From an uncultured Mycoplasmatota bacterium (GTDB lineage Bacteria > Bacillota_I > Bacilli_A > RF39 > UBA660), in assembly GCA_900551455.1 (NCBI GenBank), contig URVV01000006.1:2055-66054 (forward strand): a stretch of 64,000 bases of DNA, written 5' to 3'. Both the position numbers and the translations under genes were made by a program. The notes under the pieces were generated by a model. It was not told the DNA's origin, ran no database searches, and saw only the letters and a program-made list of their open reading frames with translations. Below are positions 19,610 to 29,812 of this stretch, in pieces (position 1 is the stretch's first letter; each line of letters opens with the position of its first letter).

Positions 19610-19903
19610 CTATTCTGATACTGATTTGATATTATTATTATTGTATGTTAAACCTAGTTCACTACTAACTTTTTGGATTTTTTCTAAGGAAACCATTTCA
19701 TTTATTTTCATTACTAAACTTTGATTGTCTTCGGCCTCTTCTTTTATTGTACCATTAAGTTCTTGTATTTCAAGGTTTATTTTACTTAACATAGCTTTGC
19801 TATAGATTATTCCCATTACTAGAAAAACGGTTATAAAAACAAAGGTTTTATAAATTAATTTTTCTCTTTTTAAGTTTTTATTTATTCTTTTCTTTTTTTT
19901 CAT
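19610..19903 (-). CDS. ftsL: Cell division protein FtsL
   Basis: 97 aa; short basic N-terminus, one TM, coiled-coil ectodomain; sits between rsmH and pbp. Confidence 0.6.
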   Translation of the reverse strand: MKKKKRINKNLKREKLIYKTFVFITVFLVMGIIYSKAMLSKINLEIQELNGTIKEEAEDNQSLVMKINEMVSLEKIQKVSSELGLTYNNNNIKSVSE

Positions 19904-19908
19904 TAAGA

Positions 19909-20832
19909 TCAGTCCTTTATTTTTTCTACGACGCGTAATCTGGCACTTCTAGCACGATTATTTATCTCGAGTTCTTCTTTACTTGGAGTAATTCCTTTAC
20001 TAATAATTTTTAGTTTTGGCAAATATTCTTCGGGAATTGATGGTAATTTTGAAAATCTACTATCAATTTCACTATATTTTTTAAATTTATTTTTTACAAG
20101 GCGATCTTCTAGGGAGTGGAAGGTTATGATACAAATTCTTCCTCCTATTTTCAAAAGATCAATTGCTTGTTCTAAACCACTTTCTAAAACATCTAATTCG
20201 TGATTAACTTCTATTCTTATTGCTTGAAATGTTTTTCTAGCTGGATGTCCTTCTCTTAAGTATTTGGCTGGGACGCTTCTTTTGATTATTTCTACTAATT
20301 CTAGGGTGGTTTCTATTGGTCTTATGCTACGCTCTTTAATGATGTTTTTAGCAATACTGGTAGCATATTTTTCTTCGCCATATTCTCTTAAGACTCTAAC
20401 TAAATTTTGATAGTCGTAGTTGTTTACTAGGGTGTATGCAGAGAAGTCACTATCAGTATCCATTCGCATATCTAATCTAGCGTCATTATGATAGCTAAAT
20501 CCTCTATAGTCTTCATCTAGTTGCATACTACTTACTCCTATATCAAATAATATACCATCTACTTTGGTTATGCCTTCTTTAAGGAGACATTGTTTCATAT
20601 TTGAAAAATTGCTTTTGATGATTTTGAAATTATCATATTGCGACAATCTTTCTTGACTATATTGAATAGCTTCACTATCTTGATCAAAGCAGAAAAGAAA
20701 CCCCTTATTAATTCTTTTCAAGATTTCTAAACTATGTCCTCCGAATCCTAAAGTAGCATCTACGTAAATTCCTTGTTCTTGTATTTTTAATTCTTCAATA
20801 CTTTCCTCTAATAATACACTCTTATGCTTCAT
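19909..20832 (-). CDS. rsmH: 16S rRNA (cytosine1402-N4)-methyltransferase RsmH (MraW)
   Basis: SAM motif DATLGFGGHS; likely start MKHKSVLLEE (track ORF extends to 20883). Confidence 0.85.
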   Translation of the reverse strand: MKHKSVLLEESIEELKIQEQGIYVDATLGFGGHSLEILKRINKGFLFCFDQDSEAIQYSQERLSQYDNFKIIKSNFSNMKQCLLKEGITKVDGILFDIGVSSMQLDEDYRGFSYHNDARLDMRMDTDSDFSAYTLVNNYDYQNLVRVLREYGEEKYATSIAKNIIKERSIRPIETTLELVEIIKRSVPAKYLREGHPARKTFQAIRIEVNHELDVLESGLEQAIDLLKIGGRICIITFHSLEDRLVKNKFKKYSEIDSRFSKLPSIPEEYLPKLKIISKGITPSKEELEINNRARSARLRVVEKIKD

Positions 20833-21265
20833 CCAAATCTTCCCCATCAAATAAGTTTTCTGATATTTCATCCAACTTTTCATTATTTTCGGTCATTAGT
20901 TTATTATATTTATCTAATGCCCAAATTTCTAGACGATCATTTACCCCAATGATTGCACATTCTTTTTGTATTCCCGCATATAAAGTTAAAGAATTTACTA
21001 AGTTTACTCTACCTTGTTTGTCGAATTCACATACAGTGGCGCTTGCCAAGAAAAATCTGGTAAATATTCTGGCATCCTTTTTAGTAAATGGAAGTTTTTT
21101 TAGTTTAGCAACTATCTTTTCCCATTCAGATAATGAATATACGAATAGGCAACCATCTAAACCTTTTGTTACGATAAAACTTTCACCAAGTTCTTCTCTA
21201 AATTTTGAAGGAATTATTAATCTTCCCTTTTCATCAATATTATGATGATATTCTCCAATTAACAT
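20822..21265 (-). CDS. mraZ: Transcriptional regulator MraZ
   Basis: Duplicated DxxxR motifs (DEKGRLIIP, DKQGRVNL); likely start MLIGEYHHN. Confidence 0.85.
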   Translation of the reverse strand: MLIGEYHHNIDEKGRLIIPSKFREELGESFIVTKGLDGCLFVYSLSEWEKIVAKLKKLPFTKKDARIFTRFFLASATVCEFDKQGRVNLVNSLTLYAGIQKECAIIGVNDRLEIWALDKYNKLMTENNEKLDEISENLFDGEDLDEA

Positions 21266-21325
21266 GACTATCCCCCACTTTCTTCCACTTTTCACCACTT
21301 GCAATTATATTCTATAACAAAAAAA

Positions 21326-21358
21326 ACTATTTGTAAATACTTCAAATAGTTTTTCTCA
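21326..21358 (-). terminator. Rho-independent terminator after yihY-like gene (upstream of mraZ)
   Basis: AAAACTATTTG-taaatacttc-CAAATAGTTTTT. Confidence 0.6.
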
Positions 21359-21368
21359 ATACTTTACA

Positions 21369-22355
21369 CTATTTTTTTTCATCATTATTTTCTGGTTCAG
21401 GGTTATCGATAGGTTTTTCTTGTTCTTCTTGGGAAATTTTTTCTTTTCTTCTTTTTTCTTTTACCTTATCACTTTTTTTCTTTCTTTTTATTTTTTCTTT
21501 TTCAAGAAGTTCTTCTTCTACTTTTATTTGTTCTAGAACTAGTTGCTGTTCTTCTTTTTTAGAGACATTAATAGCCATTCCTAGAACGAAGATATATGAT
21601 AAGAAATATAACCATGCTAGCATAATAATCATTGATGATAAGTTACCATACAAGATATCATATCTGGCAAAATATGTTAAATAGAATTTAAAGACAATAG
21701 TGGCTACGATCCATAGAATTGTGGTAAATATTGCTCCAAGGGTTGTTTCATTACTTTTAATATTCTTACTTGGGGCAATAGTATATATTAGTTTTATATT
21801 AAAGTATATTATCATTAAAGTTAATGGCCACTTAATTATTTTAAATAGGGTTAGGGCTTCATCAGCATAATTTTCTAATAGTTTAGCATTTCTCATTAAT
21901 GATAAAATGTTTTCACCAAATACAGGAACTATCATTAGAAAGACAAATAGAATGATGATGATTATTAGAAGAATAAAGGAACTTATTCGGTCTTTAATAA
22001 AATCACTATTTTTTATTCCATATAATGTATTTGAGGTGGTTATTACAGCGTATGTTCCATTTGAAGCAAAAATGAATGCTAAAATATTAAATATTCCTAC
22101 GTTGGTATCGAAACCTTTACCAGAAATTATTTCTATGATGGCTCCGCTTACTTGTTCTGGCATAATACTTCTTACTAAATTACTAACTAAATCGATAGAT
22201 ATGTCAAATGAGGATGCAAGGAGAACTAGAATTGTTAGTAATGGAAAGATTGCTAGAAATAGATAGTAAGCAATGTTAGCTGGTAATATGGCCATTTCGG
22301 GCATCTTTAATATGTTAAAGAGTTTTTTGAAGTACCCCTTAATTTTTTTCTTCAT
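21369..22355 (-). CDS. YihY/BrkB family membrane protein with Lys/Glu-rich C-terminal tail
   Basis: 328 aa; family-typical N-terminus (MPEMAILPANIAYYLFLAIFPLL), 6 TM; ~60-aa charged tail. Confidence 0.65.
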   Translation of the reverse strand: MKKKIKGYFKKLFNILKMPEMAILPANIAYYLFLAIFPLLTILVLLASSFDISIDLVSNLVRSIMPEQVSGAIIEIISGKGFDTNVGIFNILAFIFASNGTYAVITTSNTLYGIKNSDFIKDRISSFILLIIIIILFVFLMIVPVFGENILSLMRNAKLLENYADEALTLFKIIKWPLTLMIIYFNIKLIYTIAPSKNIKSNETTLGAIFTTILWIVATIVFKFYLTYFARYDILYGNLSSMIIMLAWLYFLSYIFVLGMAINVSKKEEQQLVLEQIKVEEELLEKEKIKRKKKSDKVKEKRRKEKISQEEQEKPIDNPEPENNDEKK

Positions 22356-22368
22356 ATTATTTCCCTCG

Positions 22369-24411
22369 TTATAGTTTTTCTTTTGCTTGTCTCATAGATA
22401 GTGTTGCTTCGTTAATAGCATCATCAATTGTTTTAACGTTATCAATAATCATACTGTAACCTAAAGTAGCACCAAATTCGTGAGGAAGTGTTTTAAATTC
22501 TTTACTTAATCTTCTTGTATATTCGATGACTTTCTTTTCATCATATCCGACCATATATATTAAGAATTCATTACCATCGGTTCTGATAATATCTGTATTT
22601 TCTTCTTGATTTACTATTAGGATACTAGCAGCTTTTTTGATAACTTCATCGCCTTCGGCGTGTCCATAATTATCATTAATATATTTAATATTATTAAGAT
22701 CAATTATTACTATGGCTTGAGGATAGATAACGTTATCTTCCCAAGATTTAATATTATAATTTAGATAATTTCTATTTTTTAAGGAGGTCATTACATCAAT
22801 AAATTTTAGTTTTTCTTCTTTGTTCATTTCTTTTTTCTTTTTATTTGATCTAATTATTAAGTATACAGATATGCCAACTAGAAGGATACTTCCTAAAATT
22901 ATTAATAGATATTTAAACATTATACTTAATTCATTTTTAGAATTGGTCATATAACTGGTATTATATTGATATTTTATTTCTTTGTAGTTAATACTTGATA
23001 CGTAATAATTAAATAGTTCATAGAAGGTAGTATTTTTATTAACATCCCTTATTGTAAATACATAGTCTTTATCTAATTTGTCTTGATATATTACTTTAAA
23101 GTTTTTAAATTTTCTATCTTTGTAGTATTCATATGTATCTAAGTCCATTATGATAATACTGTCATTCTTTACTCCTCGTAGGAGATCATCAGTATTAGAA
23201 AAGGCTAATTGATTAATACCATTTTGACCTAAATAATCATATAGATAAGTGTTTGCTACGACATTTACTGTTTTTCCTTTTAGGCTTCTAATAGTATTTA
23301 CGACGTAGTTTTCTTTACTTAAAATTACATAATCTTCTTTAAATGGACTAATGGTGTTTAGTACGTCGACATTTACTCCGTTAATATTAAAGTTATTAAA
23401 TAATAAGTCCACTTCACCTCGTGAGAAAGCTTGTTTTAAGGAGTTTACATCGGGATATCCGACCATTTTAAAGTCAACGTTTACAAGATCTTCAAAGCCT
23501 GATAAATAGTTAGAAATTGTTCCAACAAATTCTTTATTAACGGTATTTTCAAATGGCATATTTACAACATATCCATAGACATAGTTTGATGAGTTATAAT
23601 TCATTTTTTCGGCTTCGCTTAATTTTCTATATTTAAAGAAAGTATTAATAAAGGAAGTTTTATAATCCTCTTTTTCATATTCTTTAAGGTATATCATAGT
23701 AAATTTATTTAAAATACTTCTTAGGGTTTTATCTTTATTTACTGTGATAAGATAATTCTTATAAATATCGTATAAGTGATATGAGATGGTTAGATCTCTT
23801 TTTAGAATTTCATCTAGGTATAAATTTTTTGGTAAGATGATATAATCAACTTCTTTATTAGTTAAATTAGTGAAAATTTCCTCTTCATCTTTACAGGTAG
23901 TATATTTAATATTTTTTATATTACTTAGAAAGTATCTGGCATTGCTAATATCATTATCAAATATTCCAATATTTTTATCTTGTAAGTCTTCAAGACTATT
24001 TAAACTATTTTTCTCATTTCCAACGATAACATAATAATCTTTAGATAAGAGAATATCATTATCAGTAAGTTGATAATTATAATCTGTTACTTTAAAGGCA
24101 ACATCTAATAAATTAGTATTTCCGCTTTGTAAGTATGGAACTTTATTAAATTCTATATTGTAACTTTTAGTAAATTCTTCTAGATATGAGAAGATTATTC
24201 CTTCACCGTCTTGTCCATAGATAGGAACATCGTTATATACGCTTATATCAATGACATTATTTTTGTGATTATTGATCCAAGTTTTCTCTAATATTGAAAA
24301 ACTAGAACTGTCTTTAGTATAGTTAAGGATAAATATTACTAGAGATAATACTAGTATTAATCCGATAATGGATAAGACAATAATTTTATTTAATTTGTTA
24401 TTTTTTTTCAT
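22369..24411 (-). CDS. Membrane sensor with two extracytoplasmic solute-binding-like domains and a C-terminal degenerate GGDEF domain
   Basis: 680 aa; N-terminal TM, second TM at ~aa 505-525, GGDEF-domain landmarks (YGHAEGDEVI; RTDGNEF in place of RYGGEEF). Confidence 0.65.
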   Translation of the reverse strand: MKKNNKLNKIIVLSIIGLILVLSLVIFILNYTKDSSSFSILEKTWINNHKNNVIDISVYNDVPIYGQDGEGIIFSYLEEFTKSYNIEFNKVPYLQSGNTNLLDVAFKVTDYNYQLTDNDILLSKDYYVIVGNEKNSLNSLEDLQDKNIGIFDNDISNARYFLSNIKNIKYTTCKDEEEIFTNLTNKEVDYIILPKNLYLDEILKRDLTISYHLYDIYKNYLITVNKDKTLRSILNKFTMIYLKEYEKEDYKTSFINTFFKYRKLSEAEKMNYNSSNYVYGYVVNMPFENTVNKEFVGTISNYLSGFEDLVNVDFKMVGYPDVNSLKQAFSRGEVDLLFNNFNINGVNVDVLNTISPFKEDYVILSKENYVVNTIRSLKGKTVNVVANTYLYDYLGQNGINQLAFSNTDDLLRGVKNDSIIIMDLDTYEYYKDRKFKNFKVIYQDKLDKDYVFTIRDVNKNTTFYELFNYYVSSINYKEIKYQYNTSYMTNSKNELSIMFKYLLIILGSILLVGISVYLIIRSNKKKKEMNKEEKLKFIDVMTSLKNRNYLNYNIKSWEDNVIYPQAIVIIDLNNIKYINDNYGHAEGDEVIKKAASILIVNQEENTDIIRTDGNEFLIYMVGYDEKKVIEYTRRLSKEFKTLPHEFGATLGYSMIIDNVKTIDDAINEATLSMRQAKEKL

Positions 24412-24420
24412 AATTTACTC

Positions 24421-24882
24421 CTAATTCTTAGTCCATGTAATGTGATCCATATCTGGGTGTTTTGCTCCAGCTACGGTGTATGATTTATCTTCTTGGCCCT
24501 CTTCTACTTTAATGTTTTGAGTGATAAAGAATTCAAAGTCATATGCTTTTTTTATCTCATCAGTGTATTCTTTTAATGTATTATTGGCTATTTCTTTAGC
24601 TTTATCTTTTTTGACATTTTCTTTAAAAATGATTGTAGTATATATTATTTTTCCTTGAGTCCTTATAGTTATATCTTCTACTTCATCCATTTTTTTAGTG
24701 TCATTGGTAACTTTTTCAATAATACTTTTGTCAACCTTTATTAGTCCATTTAATCTGTTACCATATTCGCCATTATTAGATGTAAATATCATTCTGGCAA
24801 AAATGATAAACATTATTATTAATAACACTAATGCTAAACATCCAACTATTGCTAACCCCTTGTGTCTTCTTATTAAATTCAT
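24421..24882 (-). CDS. Hypothetical membrane-anchored protein
   Basis: 153 aa; N-terminal TM LAIVGCLALVLLIIMFIIFA. Confidence 0.35.
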   Translation of the reverse strand: MNLIRRHKGLAIVGCLALVLLIIMFIIFARMIFTSNNGEYGNRLNGLIKVDKSIIEKVTNDTKKMDEVEDITIRTQGKIIYTTIIFKENVKKDKAKEIANNTLKEYTDEIKKAYDFEFFITQNIKVEEGQEDKSYTVAGAKHPDMDHITWTKN

Positions 24883-24984
24883 ATAATACCTCCACTATGT
24901 TTTAATTATACAATAAAACTATTATTTTTTCAATTACTAATATATAATATGCTGATATTACTTCTATTTTGTTTATAGATATTT

Positions 24985-25012
24985 AAAAATTAGCTAGAAT
25001 TAGCTAATTTAT
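24985..25012 (-). terminator. Rho-independent terminator after lipoprotein gene
   Basis: AAATTAGCTA-gaat-TAGCTAATTT palindrome. Confidence 0.5.
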
Positions 25013-25022
25013 TTATTAATAA

Positions 25023-25565
25023 TTATTGGCATTTATATGGTGAAGAGGCATAGTTTTCTTTGATAGCTTCTAAAGTGGCGGTTGAAAGATATTCTTTGCT
25101 TTCTTCAGAATTTAGGTCAACCTCTGAGACTACGGTGATGACTTTATCTTTTAGGCTTACTTCACAAGTTTTATAAGTTTTTTGATCTTTGTTTTTGCAA
25201 TCATTTTCATAGTATTTTTTTAATGACTCCATATTGTAGTCTACAAGAAATTTATAAGTAGTTATGTCATAATATGCTAACAATTTATCACCTGCTTTGT
25301 TGAAATCATAACTCCTAGAAAAACTAATTTCAACGGCTTGTTTTCCAGCGTTAGGTTCATTTAGAACTTCTTCTTTGGTAAGGTAATAAACTTGACTTGT
25401 ATTAGATGTTTCTGTTCTAGTACAAATATATTTATTGGTATAACTTATCTTTTCAGGGTCGCCATTATTTGTTTTAGTGTTTTCACAACCGGTTGCTAGA
25501 AGTAAACTACTAACTAGGATAGTTGACAATAAAATTTTTTTCTTTATTTTGTATCCTCCTTTCAT
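25023..25565 (-). CDS. Lipoprotein
   Basis: Signal peptide with lipobox LLATGC. Confidence 0.55.
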   Translation of the reverse strand: MKGGYKIKKKILLSTILVSSLLLATGCENTKTNNGDPEKISYTNKYICTRTETSNTSQVYYLTKEEVLNEPNAGKQAVEISFSRSYDFNKAGDKLLAYYDITTYKFLVDYNMESLKKYYENDCKNKDQKTYKTCEVSLKDKVITVVSEVDLNSEESKEYLSTATLEAIKENYASSPYKCQ

Positions 25566-25610
25566 TATAATTATATAGTAAAAATACTATTTAGTCTATA
25601 TAAATGATAT

Positions 25611-27611
25611 TTAATCGGTATCTTCAATCTTTTTTAATTCATTATAGATATTTGGATATGCTTCTTTGTTGGAAAGAAATTTCGGAAGAAATTCTGTAAC
25701 GTCTTCTTTGACTCTTAGAAGCATTTGATAGTCTTTTTTTACATTTGCTAGTTTTAATCCGGCTTCGCCACTTTGTCTAATGCCAAATAGGTCTCCTTCT
25801 CCACGATTTTTGAAGTCATATTCACTTATTTCAAAGCCGTCTGAACAGTTTTCTAAGAATTTTAATCTTTCTTGATATTCTTTGGCGATAAGGATACAGT
25901 AACTTTGGATATTGCTACGGCCGACACGACCTCTTAATTGATGAATAGTAGATAGGCCAAAGAAGTTAGCGTCAAAAATTACTATCATACTGGCATTAGG
26001 AACATTTACTCCGACTTCTATTACGGTAGTGGAAATTAAAATATCTATTTTACCTTCTTCGTATTCTTTCATTATTTTGTTTTTTTCGGTGGCTTCTAGT
26101 TTTCCGTGAATGGATTTTATTTTACAAATTTTGCCAAAGGCTTTGTTCATTTTTTCTTCTAAATCAGTAATATTTTCTTTTTCATCACTGTCACTATCAA
26201 TCATTGGAGCTATGACGTATATTTGATGATGATTGTCTAATTCTTTTTTCATTAGTTCTAGAACTGTTAGAATATCTTTTTCTTTTTTAAAGTATGTTAT
26301 AACTGGTTTTCTTCCTGATGGTTTTGTTTTGATATTAGATATTTCCATATCTCCATAAATAGTTAGGGCATAAGTTCTTGGAATAGGTGTAGCACTCATA
26401 GATAAGACATCAGGAGCGATTCCTTTATTTTTAAAAATGGTACGTTGATTTACTCCGAAGCGATGTTGTTCATCCGTTATTACTAAACCAAGATTATGAT
26501 ATTTGACACTTTCTTGAATTAAACTATGAGTCCCAATAATTAGATCTATTTTACCATTTTCTAGATTATTATAAATACTGTCTTTTTCTTTTTTGGGGGT
26601 TGATGAGGTTAGTAGTTGAATATTTATTGGATAGTTTTTAAATAGTTTTTTGGCCTCTTGATAGTGTTGGGTAGCAAGTAATTCAGTTGGTACCATTATA
26701 GCTGTTTGATAGTTTGTTAAGTAATTAGCATAAGCTGATATTAAAGCAATAATGGTTTTTCCACTACCGACATCCCCTTGTAATAATCGATTCATTCTTT
26801 TTGGACTAGACATATCTGATAGGATTTCTTCTAGAGAAGTCTTCTGATCAATAGTTAGTTCATATGGTAGTGAATTAACTAAGGCAGTTATTTTTTCTTT
26901 ATTTATGTTTCTGATTATCGATAAAGTATCTTTGGATATTTTGTTTTTTAAGTAATTTATCTTTAGTAAATAGATAAATAATTCTTCATATTTTAATCTT
27001 TGCCTAGCTTTTTTGAGATTGGTAACATCAGTAGGGTTATGTATTTCAGAGATAGCTTCATATTTGTTTAAGAAATTATATTTTTCAATTATGTATTGGG
27101 GTAATTTCTCTGTTGGTTTATAACCGTTCATTATTAGGGAGGTTATAAATTTAGATATACTCTTTCTAGATAAGCCATTAGTTGTATAGTAGATACTTTC
27201 TATTTTAGGAATTATTGGTAGTCTTTCTAAGCGAACATCGGTAGCAATAACAGAATTTCTTAGTTTGTCATATTTGCCAATAATTGTTACGTAATTACCC
27301 ATTTTTAAATTTTCCATTAGATATACTTTATTATAAATGGTAACATTTAAAATACTCTGAGTTGTGCTTATTCTGAAGATTATTTTTTTTAATTTTGGTG
27401 TTAGATAGATTATAGTAGGTTGTCCTTCAATTACTCCATCTATTACTATTTTGTCGCCATCTTTCATTTCTGCAAGGTTACTTTTTTTTAAGACTTCATA
27501 TCTAAACGGATAATGGCTTATTAGATCTTCAATGGTATATATTCTTAATTTAGCTAATAGTTCAATTGTTTTTGGGCCAATGCCCTCTACTTGTTCTAAT
27601 TCGTTATTCAT
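25611..27611 (-). CDS. recG: ATP-dependent DNA helicase RecG
   Basis: 666 aa; wedge domain, Walker A GDVGSGKT, DEQH box, helicase C motifs. Confidence 0.85.
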   Translation of the reverse strand: MNNELEQVEGIGPKTIELLAKLRIYTIEDLISHYPFRYEVLKKSNLAEMKDGDKIVIDGVIEGQPTIIYLTPKLKKIIFRISTTQSILNVTIYNKVYLMENLKMGNYVTIIGKYDKLRNSVIATDVRLERLPIIPKIESIYYTTNGLSRKSISKFITSLIMNGYKPTEKLPQYIIEKYNFLNKYEAISEIHNPTDVTNLKKARQRLKYEELFIYLLKINYLKNKISKDTLSIIRNINKEKITALVNSLPYELTIDQKTSLEEILSDMSSPKRMNRLLQGDVGSGKTIIALISAYANYLTNYQTAIMVPTELLATQHYQEAKKLFKNYPINIQLLTSSTPKKEKDSIYNNLENGKIDLIIGTHSLIQESVKYHNLGLVITDEQHRFGVNQRTIFKNKGIAPDVLSMSATPIPRTYALTIYGDMEISNIKTKPSGRKPVITYFKKEKDILTVLELMKKELDNHHQIYVIAPMIDSDSDEKENITDLEEKMNKAFGKICKIKSIHGKLEATEKNKIMKEYEEGKIDILISTTVIEVGVNVPNASMIVIFDANFFGLSTIHQLRGRVGRSNIQSYCILIAKEYQERLKFLENCSDGFEISEYDFKNRGEGDLFGIRQSGEAGLKLANVKKDYQMLLRVKEDVTEFLPKFLSNKEAYPNIYNELKKIEDTD

Positions 27612-27686
27612 ATTACCTCCTGGATTGTATTTTAATTATATCACGTAAATTAACTAGTTGTCTAGTTATAGAAAAAGAAAAAGCAC

Positions 27687-28766
27687 TTATTTTGATTTAA
27701 TTTGGGCTTTTTCTTCGATTAATTCTAATAAAATTGATTTTAGGATAGTTATCATATCTTTAGTATTAATACTTATTTTAAAGTCACTGGTATTGTTAAT
27801 AATATTTTCTAATATTAGATGATCATCTTTAAAATAATACGTTCCTTTTTTGGTTATTTCTTTTATTTTGTCAAAGAGATAATCATTCGGTATGGTTACT
27901 TTGTTCCATTTTGCTAAGGAGGTAGTTTCTTCTTTTGGGGAAATAGCTGCTAAGAGATATAATTCAGTTATCTTTATGTTATCTATTTTAAATTTACTGG
28001 TATTTATATATTTTATAAAATTATTCATATTAGTATTTATTAAATATGTTAGGATTAATGAGATATAAATACTATCTTCATTAGGGTTATTTTCTTCTTG
28101 TAAGAGATAGAATTTTATTAATGAAGCAATGGTATTTAAATGGCTAGTATTTATTTCTTTTTTGTTAAAGAGATTTGGATAGTATTTTATATCTAAAAGA
28201 TAATCAAAAATTTCATAAAATTCAGTAATAGGAATTTTGATTTTTTTTTCGGTAGTTAAGATATATAGGTATTCTTCTTCAAGATAGTATGGGTTATGAA
28301 GAATGGTATTTGCTATTTCTTCCCTTTTTTGGTTATATTCAGGTGCTAAGTCGTTTTTATGCATTTTTAATTTAGTAAATTTGTCTATTAAATTAGTTAT
28401 TTCTTCTTTATTTTTTGATTTTAAAATATTATTTATATCTAAATTATCTTTATTATATTTATTTATGGTATCGGATTTTTCTTGATATATTGATAGAATA
28501 CTGTTAAGCAGTGTATCTATGTGTTCTTCTTTTGATTTTAATTGAATTTTTATTTTTAGGTTGTTTACTTTCCTTAGAAAATCATCAATGATTTCTTGTT
28601 CTTCTTGATAAATTTTTTTATCATAGATACTTCCACTTAGCGTTAGGAGGGTTAAATAGAAGTTTACTTTTAAATCTTTTTGATAGATTGTTCTAGGTAT
28701 TTCACTGTTTTTTTCTAAGAGGTTTATTAAAAATTGTGGATATGTCATGATTTCATTTACTTCCAT
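27687..28766 (-). CDS. Hypothetical protein
   Basis: 359-aa soluble ORF, Asn/Lys/Ile-rich. Confidence 0.3.
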   Translation of the reverse strand: MEVNEIMTYPQFLINLLEKNSEIPRTIYQKDLKVNFYLTLLTLSGSIYDKKIYQEEQEIIDDFLRKVNNLKIKIQLKSKEEHIDTLLNSILSIYQEKSDTINKYNKDNLDINNILKSKNKEEITNLIDKFTKLKMHKNDLAPEYNQKREEIANTILHNPYYLEEEYLYILTTEKKIKIPITEFYEIFDYLLDIKYYPNLFNKKEINTSHLNTIASLIKFYLLQEENNPNEDSIYISLILTYLINTNMNNFIKYINTSKFKIDNIKITELYLLAAISPKEETTSLAKWNKVTIPNDYLFDKIKEITKKGTYYFKDDHLILENIINNTSDFKISINTKDMITILKSILLELIEEKAQIKSK

Positions 28767-28830
28767 ATAATCGCTCCCTAGTATATTAATTATACTAGAT
28801 ACGAAGATATTTAGTCAAGGAAAAAAGAGA

Positions 28831-29355
28831 TTATTTTATGATCTCTTCATTGATATAATTTTCATTAATTTTATCGATGCTTTTATCTTCTTCGCTATCT
28901 AAGTTATCCCAAGTTTCTTCTTCATCAACGGATGAAATTTTTACTTTAGTGTCACCGATTATTTCAAGTCCAAGTTCTTTTTCTATTTCTAGATTAATAT
29001 TGGTACCATCAGATTTTGCTGAGATGCAAGTTGGTTGTTTTAAACTTCTTACAATTATATCTTTGTTAACGATATCTTTGTTAGAAGTTGACATTTTTTC
29101 TTCTTCAGTATAGGTTATTTTTTTTGTTATAACAGCGGTTTTTGTATCTGAATCATATGAATACCAGATATTTGCATCAAAACTACCATTTATTAGAATT
29201 TTTCCATTATCTTCCCTAGCAGAAAAATTATGGTTAATGATCCAGCAACCTAAGATGGTGGTAGGAACTTGTTCTACGGTTATTTGATAGGAATTACGAT
29301 ATTTTTTCTTTCCTTTTCCAATGACGGCTTTGGTAACTATCTCTTTGTATGCCAT
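28831..29355 (-). CDS. cotE: Spore coat morphogenetic protein CotE homologue
   Basis: Blockwise similarity to B. subtilis CotE recalled from memory: YKEIVTKAV.GKG, ILGCWIINH, ANIWYSYDSDTKT.V, LKQPTC, acidic C-terminus; likely start MAYKEIV. Confidence 0.6.
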   Translation of the reverse strand: MAYKEIVTKAVIGKGKKKYRNSYQITVEQVPTTILGCWIINHNFSAREDNGKILINGSFDANIWYSYDSDTKTAVITKKITYTEEEKMSTSNKDIVNKDIIVRSLKQPTCISAKSDGTNINLEIEKELGLEIIGDTKVKISSVDEEETWDNLDSEEDKSIDKINENYINEEIIK

Positions 29356-29406
29356 TATATCACTCCTCACTTTAAGATATGCTAAAATAATAAAAAAAGC
29401 ACTTTT

Positions 29407-29796
29407 TTATGCTTTTTTATTATTTTTTTTAGAGTTTAATTTTGTTTCTTTATATAGGTAGTATCTTCCTAATAATCCGTAACAAATAATTATTAGAAGT
29501 ATTAAGATAACAATACCAATAATTACTTTAAATATCATCCTTTTTATTAGATATACTACTAGTAAATAAGTAGTGGTAATAATAAAGGAATTGATGATAC
29601 TATAGGTATATTGAAAGGCTCTGAAATTTATTTTTTTGGGATCTATTGCGTAAATTCCTGATAAATAAATTAACTCTAGTGGCATTTCATCTTTTTTTAG
29701 TTTTTTATTTTTTCTTACAAATAGAAAGTAATTTAGAAAGAAAACGAGTATGAAGATGATTAGTCCTTCTAATAAAATTTGGATATATATATTCAT
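29407..29796 (-). CDS. Hypothetical polytopic small membrane protein
   Basis: 129 aa, 3-4 predicted TM. Confidence 0.35.
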   Translation of the reverse strand: MNIYIQILLEGLIIFILVFFLNYFLFVRKNKKLKKDEMPLELIYLSGIYAIDPKKINFRAFQYTYSIINSFIITTTYLLVVYLIKRMIFKVIIGIVILILLIIICYGLLGRYYLYKETKLNSKKNNKKA

Positions 29797-29812
29797 AAAA
29801 TCATCCTTTCTA

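Noticed and set aside
21369-21560. Lys/Glu-rich C-terminal tail of the YihY-family protein as a separate fused gene
   Set aside because: Continuous reading frame with no internal start or RBS. It is probably just a low-complexity cytoplasmic tail.
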